64,000 nt of DNA, taken from contig JAYZQJ010000128.1 of the NCBI GenBank assembly GCA_036149055.1, positions 64,001-128,000 on the forward strand, read 5' to 3'. The notes beneath the pieces were generated by a model that was not told the DNA's origin, did not search any database, and worked only from the letters and a program-made list of their open reading frames with translations. The position numbers and the translations under genes were made by a program. This document shows, piece by piece, positions 1 through 9,843 of the stretch (positions are counted from its first letter, which is position 1; each line of letters begins with the position of its first letter). The stretch comes from Myxococcota bacterium. GTDB lineage: Bacteria > Myxococcota_A > Polyangia > Polyangiales > Sandaracinaceae.

Positions 1-402
1 GAGCTCGCGCAGCTCGACGCGGACGCCGAGCTCGAGGTCTCGGTCGAGATCCCGCCGGGCGCGCGCCTCGTCGCCGACCAGCGGCTCTTCCTCCGGGCGA
101 TCGAGAACCTGCTCCGCAACGCGGTGCAGCACGCGCGCGCCCGGGTGCGACTCGAGCTCGAGGACGGCAAGAGCGAGGTCCGGGTGACGATCCACGACGA
201 CGGCCCGGGGATCGAGGAGGCGCTGCGGGAGAAGGTGACGCAGCCCTTCTTCCGCCCGAGCTCGGAGCGCGACCGAAGGACGGGCGGCGTCGGGCTCGGC
301 CTGGCGATCGTCCAGCGGATCGTGCGAAGGCACGGCGGCGCGCTGAAGATCGGGCGCTCGCCGCTCGGCGGTGCGATGGTGGAGACGGAGTGGCCGCGGT
401 GA
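1..402 (+). CDS. Sensor histidine kinase, C-terminal HATPase_c domain (5'-truncated by window edge)
   Basis: Frame is open from base 1; N box ENLLRNA, G1 box DDGPGI, F box QPFFR, G2 box GGVGLGLAIV. Confidence 0.9.
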   Translation, partial: ELAQLDADAELEVSVEIPPGARLVADQRLFLRAIENLLRNAVQHARARVRLELEDGKSEVRVTIHDDGPGIEEALREKVTQPFFRPSSERDRRTGGVGLGLAIVQRIVRRHGGALKIGRSPLGGAMVETEWPR

Positions 403-419
403 TGGAGTGGCCGCGGTGA
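387..419. repeat. Tandem duplication (17-bp period) spanning the kinase stop codon
   Basis: ggagtggccgcggtga at 387-402 and again at 404-419. Confidence 0.9.
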
Positions 420-442
420 CGCGGACGAAGGGGACGGACGAG

Positions 443-2125
443 ATGATGCAGAGATGCGCGAGCCTGGCGATCGGCCTGGCGATGCTGGGGCTGGTCGGTT
501 GCGACGGTGACGAGGGCGGCGTGCTGCGCCCGGACGGAGGCACCGCGGGCCCGCCCGCGACCTACTACGCCGACGTGCTCCCGCTGCTGCAGCGCGAGTG
601 CGTGAGCTGCCACGTCGAGGGCGGCATCGGCCCGTTCCCGCTCGACACCTACGAGCGCGTGCGCGACGAGGCCGAGAACGTCACCGCCGCGGTCGAGGCC
701 GGCCTCATGCCGCCGTGGCTCCCGGACGACGCGTGCCGCGAGTACGCGCACGGCCGCGGGCTGAGCGACGAGGAGCGGCGGGTGTTCGCGCGCTGGCTCG
801 CCGCCGGCACGCCCGAGGGTGACCCGGCCGACGCGCCGCCGCCCCCGGAGGGCCGGCCCACCTTCGAGCCGACCGACGTCGCGCGCATGGCCGAGCCCTA
901 CCTGCCCGACGCGACCCGGCCCGACGACTACCGCTGCTTCGTGCTCGACCACGACTTCGCGGCCGACACCTTCCTCACCGGGAGCGAGGTCGTGCCCGGC
1001 GCCGGCGCGCTCGTGCACCACGTGCTCGTCTACGGCGTGCGCCCCGACCAGCTGGCGAGCGTCGAGGCGGCCGACGCGGCCGACGAGGGCCCGGGCTACA
1101 CCTGCTTCGGCGGCCCCTTCGCGGAGAGCGGCGAGGAGAGCGGCTCGCTCGGGCTCATCAGCCTGGGCGGCTGGGTCCCGGGCCAGGTGCCGCGCGTCTA
1201 CCCGGAGGGCCGCGCGGTCTACGTGCCGGCGGGCTCGAAGATCGTCATGCAGGTGCACTACAACCTGCTCTCGTCGGAGCCGATCGAGGACGAGACCGAG
1301 TTCCGCATGACCCTCACCGACGCCGAGCCCGAGCTGCGCGTCTCGAGCTTCCCGGCCGCGATCCTCGAGCTGTCCATCCCCGCGGGCGAGCCCGAGGCGC
1401 GCCACCGCGCGGTCTTCCGGAGCTACCGCTCGGCGCCGCTCCGGCTCACCGGGGTCACCCCCCACATGCACCTCCTCGGCACGGAGATCGGCATGCGGCT
1501 GCTGCCGCCCGCCGGGAGCGAGGCCGAGCCGCAGTGCCTGGTCGACATCCCGCGCTGGGACTTCAACTGGCAGGAGGGCTACGGGTTCCGCGCCGAAGAC
1601 GAGATCGTGCTCGAGCCCGGCGGCGGGGTCGAGCTGACGTGCGTCTACGACAACTCCGAGACCAACCAGCCGGTCGTCAACGGCGAGCGCCTGACCCCGC
1701 GCGACGTGACCTGGGGCGAGGGCACGCTCGACGAGATGTGCCTGACCTACGTCGGCTTCGAGGAGGCCTGGGACGGACCGCCGCCGCAGGGCTGCGAGGC
1801 GCTCGAGGGCTGCATGGCGGCGTGCGACGCGAGCGACACGCAGTGCCTGCTCGACTGTGAGGGCCTCGGCGCCGACTGCCGGGTCTGCGCGCTCGAGGGC
1901 ACGCTGGGCTGCGCCCGGGACAGCTGCCTCGCGCAGCTCGCGCCGACCGTGCCGTGCCTCGACACCTGCATCCTGAGCTACGCGATCATCGGCGGCAGCT
2001 TCGAGCAGTGCATGGCCACCGAGTGCCCGGACAGCTGGCCGGCGGCGCGCGACTGCGCGGCCGAGGTGGTGGGCGCCGGCACCTGCGACACCCAGCTCGA
2101 GGCGTGCGGCATCAGCTTCCGATAA
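443..2125 (+). CDS. Lipoprotein: c-type heme motif + copper type II (PHM/DBH-like) monooxygenase + Cys-rich tail
   Basis: Lipobox LVGC; CVSCH (599-613); DDYRCF, VHHVLV, QVHY, PHMH, WDFNWQ and DEMC motifs. Start trimmed to ATG 443. Confidence 0.8.
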   Translation: MMQRCASLAIGLAMLGLVGCDGDEGGVLRPDGGTAGPPATYYADVLPLLQRECVSCHVEGGIGPFPLDTYERVRDEAENVTAAVEAGLMPPWLPDDACREYAHGRGLSDEERRVFARWLAAGTPEGDPADAPPPPEGRPTFEPTDVARMAEPYLPDATRPDDYRCFVLDHDFAADTFLTGSEVVPGAGALVHHVLVYGVRPDQLASVEAADAADEGPGYTCFGGPFAESGEESGSLGLISLGGWVPGQVPRVYPEGRAVYVPAGSKIVMQVHYNLLSSEPIEDETEFRMTLTDAEPELRVSSFPAAILELSIPAGEPEARHRAVFRSYRSAPLRLTGVTPHMHLLGTEIGMRLLPPAGSEAEPQCLVDIPRWDFNWQEGYGFRAEDEIVLEPGGGVELTCVYDNSETNQPVVNGERLTPRDVTWGEGTLDEMCLTYVGFEEAWDGPPPQGCEALEGCMAACDASDTQCLLDCEGLGADCRVCALEGTLGCARDSCLAQLAPTVPCLDTCILSYAIIGGSFEQCMATECPDSWPAARDCAAEVVGAGTCDTQLEACGISFR

Positions 2126-3255
2126 CGCTGGCGCTCCTCTCGATCGCCTCCGGCGCGCGGGCGCACGGCCCGGCGCCGGTGGCGCTGTCGGTGCTGACCT
2201 TCGAGGGCGAGGCGGCGGGCGTGGTGCACACCAACGTCGGCCTCGCGAGCGCGCGCGGCGACGGGAGCTACGCCTACGTCTGCCCGTCCCGCTGGGACGG
2301 CAACCCGCGGGCGCTCGCCTTCGGGGTGCAAGACGCGGTGCTCGTGCAGAGCCTCGGGGTCGCCTACCTCTCGCGCGACGCGGGCTGCACCTTCGCGCCC
2401 CTCGACCTCGCCGACTACGTCGTGCGCGCCGCCGCGTGGGAGGGCGGGTTCGCGCTGCTCGTCGAGGGCCCGGGCGGCCGCGAGGTGCTCCGGGTCGACG
2501 CCGCCGGCCGGACCACGCCGCTCCCGCTGGCCCTGCCGGCCGACCCCGACGGCCTCCACCCCGCCGGGAGCGCCCTCTGGCTCGCCGGCGCCGGCCCGCC
2601 CGCCTTCGTGGCCCGCTGGGACGGCGAGGTCGAGGTCGTCTGGCAGGGCGCGCTCCCCGGGAGCCGCGCCATCCCGGTGGCGGCCGAGGCGGGCGCGGCC
2701 TGGCTCGAGACCAGCGACGGCGCCCTCGTGCGCGTCGACGCCGAGGGCCCCGGCCCCGCGCGCGCCTTCGATCGCTCCCGCCACGGCCCCATCCGGCTCG
2801 GCGATCGCACCGTCGCCCTCTTCGACGGCGTGCTGCACGAGTGGCGCGACGGCGCCTGGCGCCCGGACGGCGAGCGCCCCTGGACCTGCCTCGAGGCGCG
2901 CGGCGATCGCGCCTTCGCCTGCTCCCTCGACGGCACCTACGAGCTCACGAGCGGCGAGCCCACCCCCTTCTTCTCCCTCCGCCAGCTCGCGCCGCCCGAC
3001 ACCTGCGGAGCCGCCGAAGCGGAGCCGGAGTGCGCGCGCGAGTGGGCCCACTTCGGCGGAGAGTCCGGCTGGCTCGAGACCGACCCCGCCCTCGACCCCC
3101 GCTCCCCCCGCCGCCCCCGAGGCTGCGCCGCCGCCCCCGGCCGAAGCTTCCGGTGGCCCCTGCTCCCCCTCGCCCTCCTCGGTCTCCGAATACGGAGCAG
3201 GGGACGGTCTCCGAATACGGAGCAGGGGACGGAGTTGACTTGTGAACTTACGTAG
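2104..3255 (+). CDS. Secreted hypothetical protein with MYXO-CTERM-like tail
   Basis: GTG 2104 overlaps the upstream gene end; signal peptide ending ARA-HG; tail RGCAAAPG...LLPLALLGLRIRSR. Confidence 0.65.
   Translation: MRHQLPITLALLSIASGARAHGPAPVALSVLTFEGEAAGVVHTNVGLASARGDGSYAYVCPSRWDGNPRALAFGVQDAVLVQSLGVAYLSRDAGCTFAPLDLADYVVRAAAWEGGFALLVEGPGGREVLRVDAAGRTTPLPLALPADPDGLHPAGSALWLAGAGPPAFVARWDGEVEVVWQGALPGSRAIPVAAEAGAAWLETSDGALVRVDAEGPGPARAFDRSRHGPIRLGDRTVALFDGVLHEWRDGAWRPDGERPWTCLEARGDRAFACSLDGTYELTSGEPTPFFSLRQLAPPDTCGAAEAEPECAREWAHFGGESGWLETDPALDPRSPRRPRGCAAAPGRSFRWPLLPLALLGLRIRSRGRSPNTEQGTELTCELT
3181..3230. repeat. 25-bp tandem duplication
   Basis: ggtctccgaatacggagcaggggac x2; each unit contains a ctccg/cggag mini-hairpin. 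Confidence 0.9.
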
Positions 3256-3268
3256 GCCGAACACCTAC
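3225..3268. repeat. Partial copy of the ~70-nt palindromic REP/MITE-like element
   Basis: ggggacggagttgacttgtgaacttacgtaggccgaacacctac matches the arm and core of the element at 26262-26332. Confidence 0.8.
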
Positions 3269-3279
3269 AACCGGGCGCC

Positions 3280-4167
3280 TCAGGCCAGGCGCGCCCGGAG
3301 GTCGCGGGCGTAGGCGGCGGGGCTCGCGCCGTACCGGGCCTTGAAGTCGCGGGTGAAGTGCGAGGGGCTCGCGTAGCCGACCGCGAGCGCGGCCTCGGAG
3401 GCGCCGAGCCCGTCGCGCAGCATGCGCAGGCGCGCCTGTCCGAGGCGCACGTTCTTCACGTATCGCATGGGGCTCATGCGCGCGACGTCGCGGAAGCGGT
3501 GCGCGAAGTGCGACGGGCTCATCGCCACGCTCCGGGCCAGCTCCTCCACCGTCAACGCGTCGGCGGCGTGATCGCGCACGTAGCGCATCGCCTGCCGGAT
3601 CCGCGGTTCGTCGGCCCGGACCGCGCTCCGGAGCGGCCCCGCGTGCGGGCTGCACAGCAGCCGGAACACGATCTCCCGCACGATCAGCGGTGAGACCACC
3701 CGGTGCTCGAGCGGGTCGTCGACCGACTCCAGCAGGCGACAGAACGACTCCGCGAGCTTCGCGTCCATGCGCTCCGCCCACGCGTCGGTGTCGTCGCCCG
3801 GGTCGGCGCCCCGCGCGTCATCGATGGCGAGCACCGTCTGCGCGATCACGTCCGGATCGATCGTGAGGCCCACCGAGAGGTACGGCCGCCCGGGGCTCGC
3901 CCCCTCGATGAACGAGGTGTAGCGGGTCTCGCGCGTGACGAAGAGGTAGTCGCCCGGCCCGTACCGCAGCCGCCGGCCATCCGACATCTCCAGGGTCTTC
4001 GAGCGCTCGGCGACGACCGCCATGATCACCCCGCTCGTGCTCACCGGCTTGGGCCCGACCGGACCGTCGGCGCGGAAGTAGTAGAGGTCGGGGAACATCG
4101 AGTCGGTGCGCCCCGGCCGGACGGCGTGGGCGCGCACGTGCTCGCGGATCCTCTCGAGCGGCGTCAC
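3280..4167 (-). CDS. AraC family transcriptional regulator (AraC_N + HTH, YqhC-like)
   Basis: [17 protein letters not shown] and [18 protein letters not shown]; divergent from an aldo/keto reductase. Confidence 0.92.
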   Translation of the reverse strand: MTPLERIREHVRAHAVRPGRTDSMFPDLYYFRADGPVGPKPVSTSGVIMAVVAERSKTLEMSDGRRLRYGPGDYLFVTRETRYTSFIEGASPGRPYLSVGLTIDPDVIAQTVLAIDDARGADPGDDTDAWAERMDAKLAESFCRLLESVDDPLEHRVVSPLIVREIVFRLLCSPHAGPLRSAVRADEPRIRQAMRYVRDHAADALTVEELARSVAMSPSHFAHRFRDVARMSPMRYVKNVRLGQARLRMLRDGLGASEAALAVGYASPSHFTRDFKARYGASPAAYARDLRARLA

Positions 4168-4295
4168 GCGATCGTTCTATCCCGGGCCGGCGCGGGGGAC
4201 GAGCGGATCGCAGGATCGGGCAAGACGTTCGCAGCCCTCGCCCTGGCGACGCGCGCCGCGCGGGACGACGTTCCCCGCTCACCAAGGAGGACGAG

Positions 4296-5276
4296 ATGCA
4301 GAAGCGACAGGCGAAGCAGGGCGGGCTCGAGGCGGCGGCGGTGGGCCTCGGCTGCATGGGCATGAGCGAGTTCTACGGGCCGAGCGACGACGCGAAGTCG
4401 ATCGCGGTCATCCACCGGGCGCTCGAGCTCGGCGTGACCTTCCTCGACACCGCCGACATGTACGGCTCCGGCGCCAACGAGCGCCTCGTCGGCCGGGCGC
4501 TCGCCGATCGGCGCGACCGGGCGGTGCTCTGCACCAAGTTCGCGATCCAGCGCGGCGAGGGCGGCTCGTTCGCGGGCGTCAGCGGCCGCCCCGAGTACGT
4601 CGCGCAGGCCTGCGAGGACAGCCTGCGGCGCCTCGGCGTCGACCACATCGACCTCTACTACCAGCACCGCGTCGACCCCGAGGTGCCGATCGAGGACACG
4701 GTCGGCGCGATGGCCGATCTAGTGAAGCAAGGCAAGGTACGTCACCTCGGCCTGAGCGAGGCGGCGCCCGCGACCCTGCGCCGCGCGGCGGCCGTGCACC
4801 CCATCGCGGCGCTCCAGACCGAGCTGTCCCTCTGGAGCCGGGCGCCCGAGCGCGAGCTGCTCGCCACGTGCCGGGAGCTGGGCACCCTGTTCGTCGCGTA
4901 CAGCCCGCTCGGCCGGGGCTTCCTCTCGGGGAACATCCGCTCGCGCGCCGACCTGAGCGAGGGTGACTTCCGGCTGAGCATGCCGCGCTTCTCGGAGGAG
5001 AACTTCGCGGACAACCTCGCGCTGGTCGACGGCGTGCGCGCGCTCGCCGAGGAGAAGGGCTGCACCCCGGCCCAGCTCGCCCTGGCGTGGGTGCTCACCC
5101 GCGGCGACCACGTCGTGACCATCCCGGGCACGCGCAGCCTGGAGCGGCTGGCCGAGAACGCGGCCGCGGTCGACGTCGCGCTCACCGAGGCGGAGCTCGC
5201 CGCGCTCGACCGCGTCCTCCCGCCCGAGGCCGCCGCCGGCGATCGCTACGCCAGCATGGCCCTGGTCGATGGGTGA
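4296..5276 (+). CDS. Aldo/keto reductase
   Basis: [43 protein letters not shown]. Confidence 0.95.
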   Translation: MQKRQAKQGGLEAAAVGLGCMGMSEFYGPSDDAKSIAVIHRALELGVTFLDTADMYGSGANERLVGRALADRRDRAVLCTKFAIQRGEGGSFAGVSGRPEYVAQACEDSLRRLGVDHIDLYYQHRVDPEVPIEDTVGAMADLVKQGKVRHLGLSEAAPATLRRAAAVHPIAALQTELSLWSRAPERELLATCRELGTLFVAYSPLGRGFLSGNIRSRADLSEGDFRLSMPRFSEENFADNLALVDGVRALAEEKGCTPAQLALAWVLTRGDHVVTIPGTRSLERLAENAAAVDVALTEAELAALDRVLPPEAAAGDRYASMALVDG

Positions 5277-5307
5277 GTGGTCGATGGGTGAGTGGTCGAT
5301 GGCTGAG
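5263..5307. repeat. 15-bp x3 tandem repeat spanning the stop codon
   Basis: tggtcgatgggtgag x2 followed by tggtcgatggctgag. Confidence 0.9.
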
Positions 5308-5327
5308 GCTCGGGTCACGATGCGAAG

Positions 5328-5705
5328 GTGATCGCGCTTCGCATCCTCGGCGGCGTCCTCGTCCTCGCCGGCCTCGTGCTCTCGGTCGCGCCGACGCTGG
5401 CGCTCGATCCCGGCGACGCGCCGGACCTCTTCGAGGCGATCGAGCGCCACGTCCGGTGGGGGCTGCTCATCGGGATCGGGCTCCTGCTCGCCGTGCGCAC
5501 GAGCCTCCGGCCCTGGCGCGTCACCTTCGCGCACCTCGTCTGCTGGGTCAGCGCCGGCTACCTCGTCGCGCGGCTGATCGGGATCGCGCTCGAGGGCGCG
5601 TCGAGCGGCCGGCAGTGGCTGTGGGTCGGCGTCGAGGTCGCCATCTGCCTCGTCGCCGGCGGCTACCTCGTCCGCAAGCGCGACGGGGCCCGGGGCGAGC
5701 GCTGA
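5328..5705 (+). CDS. Small membrane protein (~4 TM, DUF4345-like)
   Basis: Four hydrophobic segments; ARLIGIALEG motif. Confidence 0.65.
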   Translation: MIALRILGGVLVLAGLVLSVAPTLALDPGDAPDLFEAIERHVRWGLLIGIGLLLAVRTSLRPWRVTFAHLVCWVSAGYLVARLIGIALEGASSGRQWLWVGVEVAICLVAGGYLVRKRDGARGER

Positions 5706-5717
5706 TAGGATGGGCGG

Positions 5718-7241
5718 ATGCGCCGCTCGCTGGCCCTCTGCCTCGCCCTGCTGACGCCCTGGCTCCACGCCTGCGCCGGGCAGGAGTGCGACCTCAACTC
5801 CGACTGCCCGAGCCCGGGCTACTGCGCCTTCGGGCGGTGCGAGCGTGACTGCGCGGCCGACTTCGACTGCGCGGAGGGCTTCGTGTGCTCGGTCATCGGG
5901 CAGTGCGTCGACCCGGACGCCGTCGACGCCTCGGTGCCTCGGGACTCCGGCGCCAGAACCGACTCGGGGATCACCCGAGACTCCGGGGTCGTGCGCGACT
6001 CCGGAGTCGTCCGAGACTCGGGGATCGCGCGCGACTCCGGCGTGGTCCGCGACTCCGGCGTGCGGACGGACGCGGGCCCGAGCGACGCCGGCCCGCCGCC
6101 CGACGCCGGAGGCCCGCCCGGGCCGGTCGCGCGCGGCACCTACCGCTACGGCGCGCTGCCCATCGGCGGCCGCGAAGGCATCCGCGTCGCCTTCCACCCC
6201 GACGGCAGCTACGCGGTGATCCTCGAGCGCTACGACGTCATCCACGTCTACGACTGGGCCACGCGCACCACCCAACGGGTGGACCTCGACCCGCCGGGCT
6301 CGGCGCACGTCTACTTCCACGACCTCGCCTTCGAGCCGGCGGGCGGCTTCGCCTACGTGGTCGGCGCGAGCGTGGACGGCGGGGCCGAGACCGGCGTGAT
6401 CTTCCGGATGGACGACGCGGCGGTGCGGGCCGGCATGGCGAGCGCCGCCTTCACCCAGTCGAGCGAGACGCGCGCGGGCGAGCGCTTCGCCGCGATCGAG
6501 TGGCCGGCCCCGTTCCGCTCGGGCCCGCCGGTGCTGCTCTCCACCACGACCCGCTCGCCCTACATCGCGCGGCTCCGCGAGCTCGACCCGACCACCGACG
6601 CCTTCACCGGCCTCGTCACCGCGAGCCCGCGCAGCGCCGGGTGCATGGACCTCGCCTTCGTCGAGAACGAGTTCGGCGACTGGGGCGTCGTCGTGGTCTG
6701 CGGCATCAACGGCGGCGACGCGCCGTACTACACCGAGATCGGCAGCCCCCCGCACGCCTGGCGCGACGGCCCGAGCGCGACCCTCGGCAACGTCTACCGC
6801 GCGGCCGCGCACCCGAGCGGGGGCTACGCGATCGCGATCGGCGCGTCCGGCCGCGGCAACCTCCACCGCCTCGAGGCCGGCGCGTGGCGCCCCGGCTCGA
6901 GCTCCCCCTCGATCGGGCGCGGGCTCTGGGGCGTGACCTTCCAGGAGGGCGGCCAGCGGGCCCTCGCCTACGGCCGCGCCGCCGGCACCCCGCTCACCGC
7001 GACGGTGGTCGAGTACCGCCACGACCTCTGGTCGAGCGCCGAGCTCACCGACGTCTCGATCCCCGGCTTCGACGCCGCCCCCTACCTCGGCGGCTCGAAC
7101 ACCTTCCTCAACGACGCCGCCTTCCGCCCCGGGTGCGACGGCGGCCTCCTCGTCGGCGGCGAGAGCGACTTCCGTGGCAGCCGCGGCCTGGTCATCGAGT
7201 TCCGGATCGAGGGCCTCCGCGACTGCGGCGGCACGCTGTAG
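5718..7241 (+). CDS. Lipoprotein: Cys-rich N-terminus, RDSGxx repeat linker, probable beta-propeller
   Basis: Signal peptide ending in Cys; two Cys-rich modules; about 7 DSG repeats (~5940-6065); AFHPDG/DLAF blade-like motifs. Confidence 0.7.
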   Translation: MRRSLALCLALLTPWLHACAGQECDLNSDCPSPGYCAFGRCERDCAADFDCAEGFVCSVIGQCVDPDAVDASVPRDSGARTDSGITRDSGVVRDSGVVRDSGIARDSGVVRDSGVRTDAGPSDAGPPPDAGGPPGPVARGTYRYGALPIGGREGIRVAFHPDGSYAVILERYDVIHVYDWATRTTQRVDLDPPGSAHVYFHDLAFEPAGGFAYVVGASVDGGAETGVIFRMDDAAVRAGMASAAFTQSSETRAGERFAAIEWPAPFRSGPPVLLSTTTRSPYIARLRELDPTTDAFTGLVTASPRSAGCMDLAFVENEFGDWGVVVVCGINGGDAPYYTEIGSPPHAWRDGPSATLGNVYRAAAHPSGGYAIAIGASGRGNLHRLEAGAWRPGSSSPSIGRGLWGVTFQEGGQRALAYGRAAGTPLTATVVEYRHDLWSSAELTDVSIPGFDAAPYLGGSNTFLNDAAFRPGCDGGLLVGGESDFRGSRGLVIEFRIEGLRDCGGTL

Positions 7242-7271
7242 CTCGGCGCGCCGTCGCCACAGTCGGGAAGC

Positions 7272-7970
7272 TCAGGGATTCACGGCGCACGCGGGATCGT
7301 CTTCCCACATGCACATGGAGTTGCACAGCCGGTCGGTGCCGGTAGGCGGATCGCACTGTCGTGAGCCAGGGCTGCATTCCCCGCGGGGCACCACGACGGC
7401 CCAATCCCCCCAACTGCAGTCCACCTGACAGATCCTCTGGTTCACCCCACACCGGCCGCGGTCCATCATCTCCGTCTCGCCTGGGGCACACGGCCCCTCG
7501 TTGAGGCAGTCCGAGGTCGACATCCAGGTTGCGTCCGTGCAGCGCTGGGCCATCTCGCCGCAGTTCCCGCACGTGATGACGCGCATCTCGTCCGCCGTCT
7601 CGCACAGACAGTCGGTGGGTGCCGTGCAGGCAGCCCACTCACCGTCGGTGCAGGTCTCGGTTCCATCACCGCAGGCGTTGCTGCAGTCGCGCTCGGCGTC
7701 CGCCCCGACGGCGGCATCCGCCGGATCACAGTCACTGTCGTCGGGTACACCGTCGCCATCGCCGTCCGGCGGGCCCGCGTCCATCGACGAGCCCGCATCG
7801 ACGCCGCCGTCGTCGTCGGGGCCGGCGTCAGGGGCCGACGCGTCCATCGATTCCGGGAGCCCAGAGTCCGCCGCCACGCCCGAGTCCGTGGCCTCGGGCG
7901 ACGCGTCATCGCACGCCACGTAGAAGAGCATCGCGCACAGGACCGTCACCCTCGTATCGAGCACCTTCAT
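7272..7970 (-). CDS. Cys-rich lipoprotein with DAG linker and DGDGDG Ca-binding-like motif
   Basis: Lipobox YVAC; DGDGDGVPDDSDCD; repeated CG..G...C...C.W modules. Confidence 0.7.
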   Translation of the reverse strand: MKVLDTRVTVLCAMLFYVACDDASPEATDSGVAADSGLPESMDASAPDAGPDDDGGVDAGSSMDAGPPDGDGDGVPDDSDCDPADAAVGADAERDCSNACGDGTETCTDGEWAACTAPTDCLCETADEMRVITCGNCGEMAQRCTDATWMSTSDCLNEGPCAPGETEMMDRGRCGVNQRICQVDCSWGDWAVVVPRGECSPGSRQCDPPTGTDRLCNSMCMWEDDPACAVNP

Positions 7971-8129
7971 CACTACTCCGTCCATCAGGACGACCGCTTC
8001 CGGTCGTCACGGTACGCCAAGAAGGCTGGATATTGACAGGAAGGTTCGCTTCTGGAAAGCACGCTTCTCCACGCAGCGCTGGAGGACGCGTCCGTTGACG
8101 ACGCCGCGAGGAGGCACCAGCATCCCGCG

Positions 8130-8615
8130 ATGCTGTCGATCGACGCCGTCACGCGCGCCCTCCTCGGGGACGACCCTCCGCGGGTCGAGTCCGACGATTA
8201 CGACGTCTGGGGTCGGGAGGGCACCACGCCGCACTACGTGGCGCTCGTGCCCGAGCCGGTCGAGGACACCGCGGAGGCGCTCGTCGAGGCGGCGGAGTCG
8301 ATCCTCGAGGCGTTCGGCGACGAGGCGGGGCTGCTCCCGGGGTTTCGCCACTACTACGACGGCAGGATCGAGGAGGCCGAGATCCGCCGGGGCGCGCGAG
8401 GCTTCGTCATCTCCGGGACGGTGGTGTCGGTCGACGGCGACGAGGCGATGTGGTTCGACGCGGCGATCACCGCCGTGCCCGAGGGTCCGGTGATCGCGGT
8501 GGCCTTCTCCCACCAGCCCCGGCGCGCCGAAGATCCGACGCTCGACCTCGACGCGCTCGACCTCGGGGCGCTGCGCTCGGAGCGCTACGCGAGCTTCACC
8601 GTCGGCGCCGGCTGA
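8130..8615 (+). CDS. Hypothetical acidic protein
   Basis: 161-aa ORF with normal codon bias; no recognisable motif. Confidence 0.55.
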   Translation: MLSIDAVTRALLGDDPPRVESDDYDVWGREGTTPHYVALVPEPVEDTAEALVEAAESILEAFGDEAGLLPGFRHYYDGRIEEAEIRRGARGFVISGTVVSVDGDEAMWFDAAITAVPEGPVIAVAFSHQPRRAEDPTLDLDALDLGALRSERYASFTVGAG

Positions 8616-8673
8616 GGGTCGCGGGAGGCCGCGGTAACCGAGCTTCGAGTCGCGAATACGCGGAGGTGACTCG

Positions 8674-9540
8674 ATGGACGCAACGCCCAAGCCGCTCTTC
8701 GCCTCCGCGCTCACCGCCGCGGCGCTCGTCGCGTTCGCGGCGAACTCGGTGCTGTGCCGGCTGGCGCTGGCGGACGGCTCGATCGACCCGTGGGCGTTCA
8801 CCGGGCTGCGCATCGGAGCGGGGGCGGTGACGCTGCTGCTCCTGGCGATGCGGCGCGATCGCGGCGACGCCGGGTGGGCGGACTGGCGGCGCGCGGCGCT
8901 CCTGCTCGTCTACGCGCTGCCCTTCTCGCTCGCCTATGTGGCCCTCGATACGGGCACCGGCGCGCTGCTCCTGTTCGGCGCGGTGCAGGCGACGATGCTC
9001 CTGCTCGGCATGCGCGCGGGGGAGCGGCCGGGCGCGCTTGAGTGGGGGGGGCTGCTCGGCGCGTTCGGCGGGCTGATCTACCTGGTCTCCCCCGGGCTCA
9101 GCGCCCCCGATCCGCTGGCCGCGGGGCTCATGATCGCGGCGGGGATCGGCTGGGGCGCGTACTCGGTGGCCGGCAAGGGCGCGGGCGAACCCCTGCGGGT
9201 CACCGCGAGCGCCTTCGCCCGGGCCGCGCTGCTGCTCGCGCCCATCCTGCTGATCACGCACCTACGGGTACAGGACGGATTGCACGTCGAGCCGAGCGGG
9301 GCCGCGCTGGCGGTCGTCTCCGGCGCGGTCACCTCGGGCGTGGGCTACGCCGTCTGGTACGCAGCCTTACGCCACCTCACGGCGACCCGCGCCGCGCTGC
9401 TCCAGCTCTCGGTCCCGGTCATCGCCGCCGCGGGCGGCGTCGCCCTGCTCGCCGAGGCGATCACGCCGCGGCTCGCCATCGCGGGGATCGTGATCCTCGG
9501 GAGCATCGGCCTCGGCGTGCTCGGCCGAGCCCGCGCTTGA
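8674..9540 (+). CDS. DMT/EamA family transporter
   Basis: About 10 TM segments; FAANSVLCR, GAVTSGVGYAVWY, QLSVPVIAA. Confidence 0.9.
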   Translation: MDATPKPLFASALTAAALVAFAANSVLCRLALADGSIDPWAFTGLRIGAGAVTLLLLAMRRDRGDAGWADWRRAALLLVYALPFSLAYVALDTGTGALLLFGAVQATMLLLGMRAGERPGALEWGGLLGAFGGLIYLVSPGLSAPDPLAAGLMIAAGIGWGAYSVAGKGAGEPLRVTASAFARAALLLAPILLITHLRVQDGLHVEPSGAALAVVSGAVTSGVGYAVWYAALRHLTATRAALLQLSVPVIAAAGGVALLAEAITPRLAIAGIVILGSIGLGVLGRARA

Positions 9541-9603
9541 TCGTCCCGCGGGCGCTCGCGCTCTGCCCATCGAGCCCGGGTTCGGGCCCGAGAATCCTCG
9601 CTC

Positions 9604-9651
9604 GCTCAGCCATCCAACCCAGGTCCTGCTCAGCCATCCAACCCAGGTCCT
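9604..9651. repeat. 24-bp tandem duplication
   Basis: gctcagccatccaacccaggtcct x2. Confidence 0.9.
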
Positions 9652-9807
9652 GCCCGAAATTCTCACTCGCGCCCCGCCCCGCGGCGGGGCTCGACCGGGC
9701 TCCTGGGTGCCCGACGCTGGTTCGCGACCTCGATCCCGCGTCTCCGCCTCGATCTCGTGCACACACAGCGGATTTGTCCGGAGTACCCTCGGGAGCGCAC
9801 GCACCGA

Positions 9808-9838
9808 TGCGCGGCTCGAGCCGTCATCGAGCCGCGCA
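9808..9838. other. Perfect 12-bp hairpin just downstream of the HUH transposase gene (terminator or element end)
   Basis: tgcgcggctcga-gccgtca-tcgagccgcgca. Confidence 0.6.
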
Positions 9839-9843
9839 GGAGC

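Noticed and set aside
3181..9651. 24-25 bp repeats as CRISPR remnants
   Set aside because: The copies are contiguous with no spacers, and no cas genes are present.
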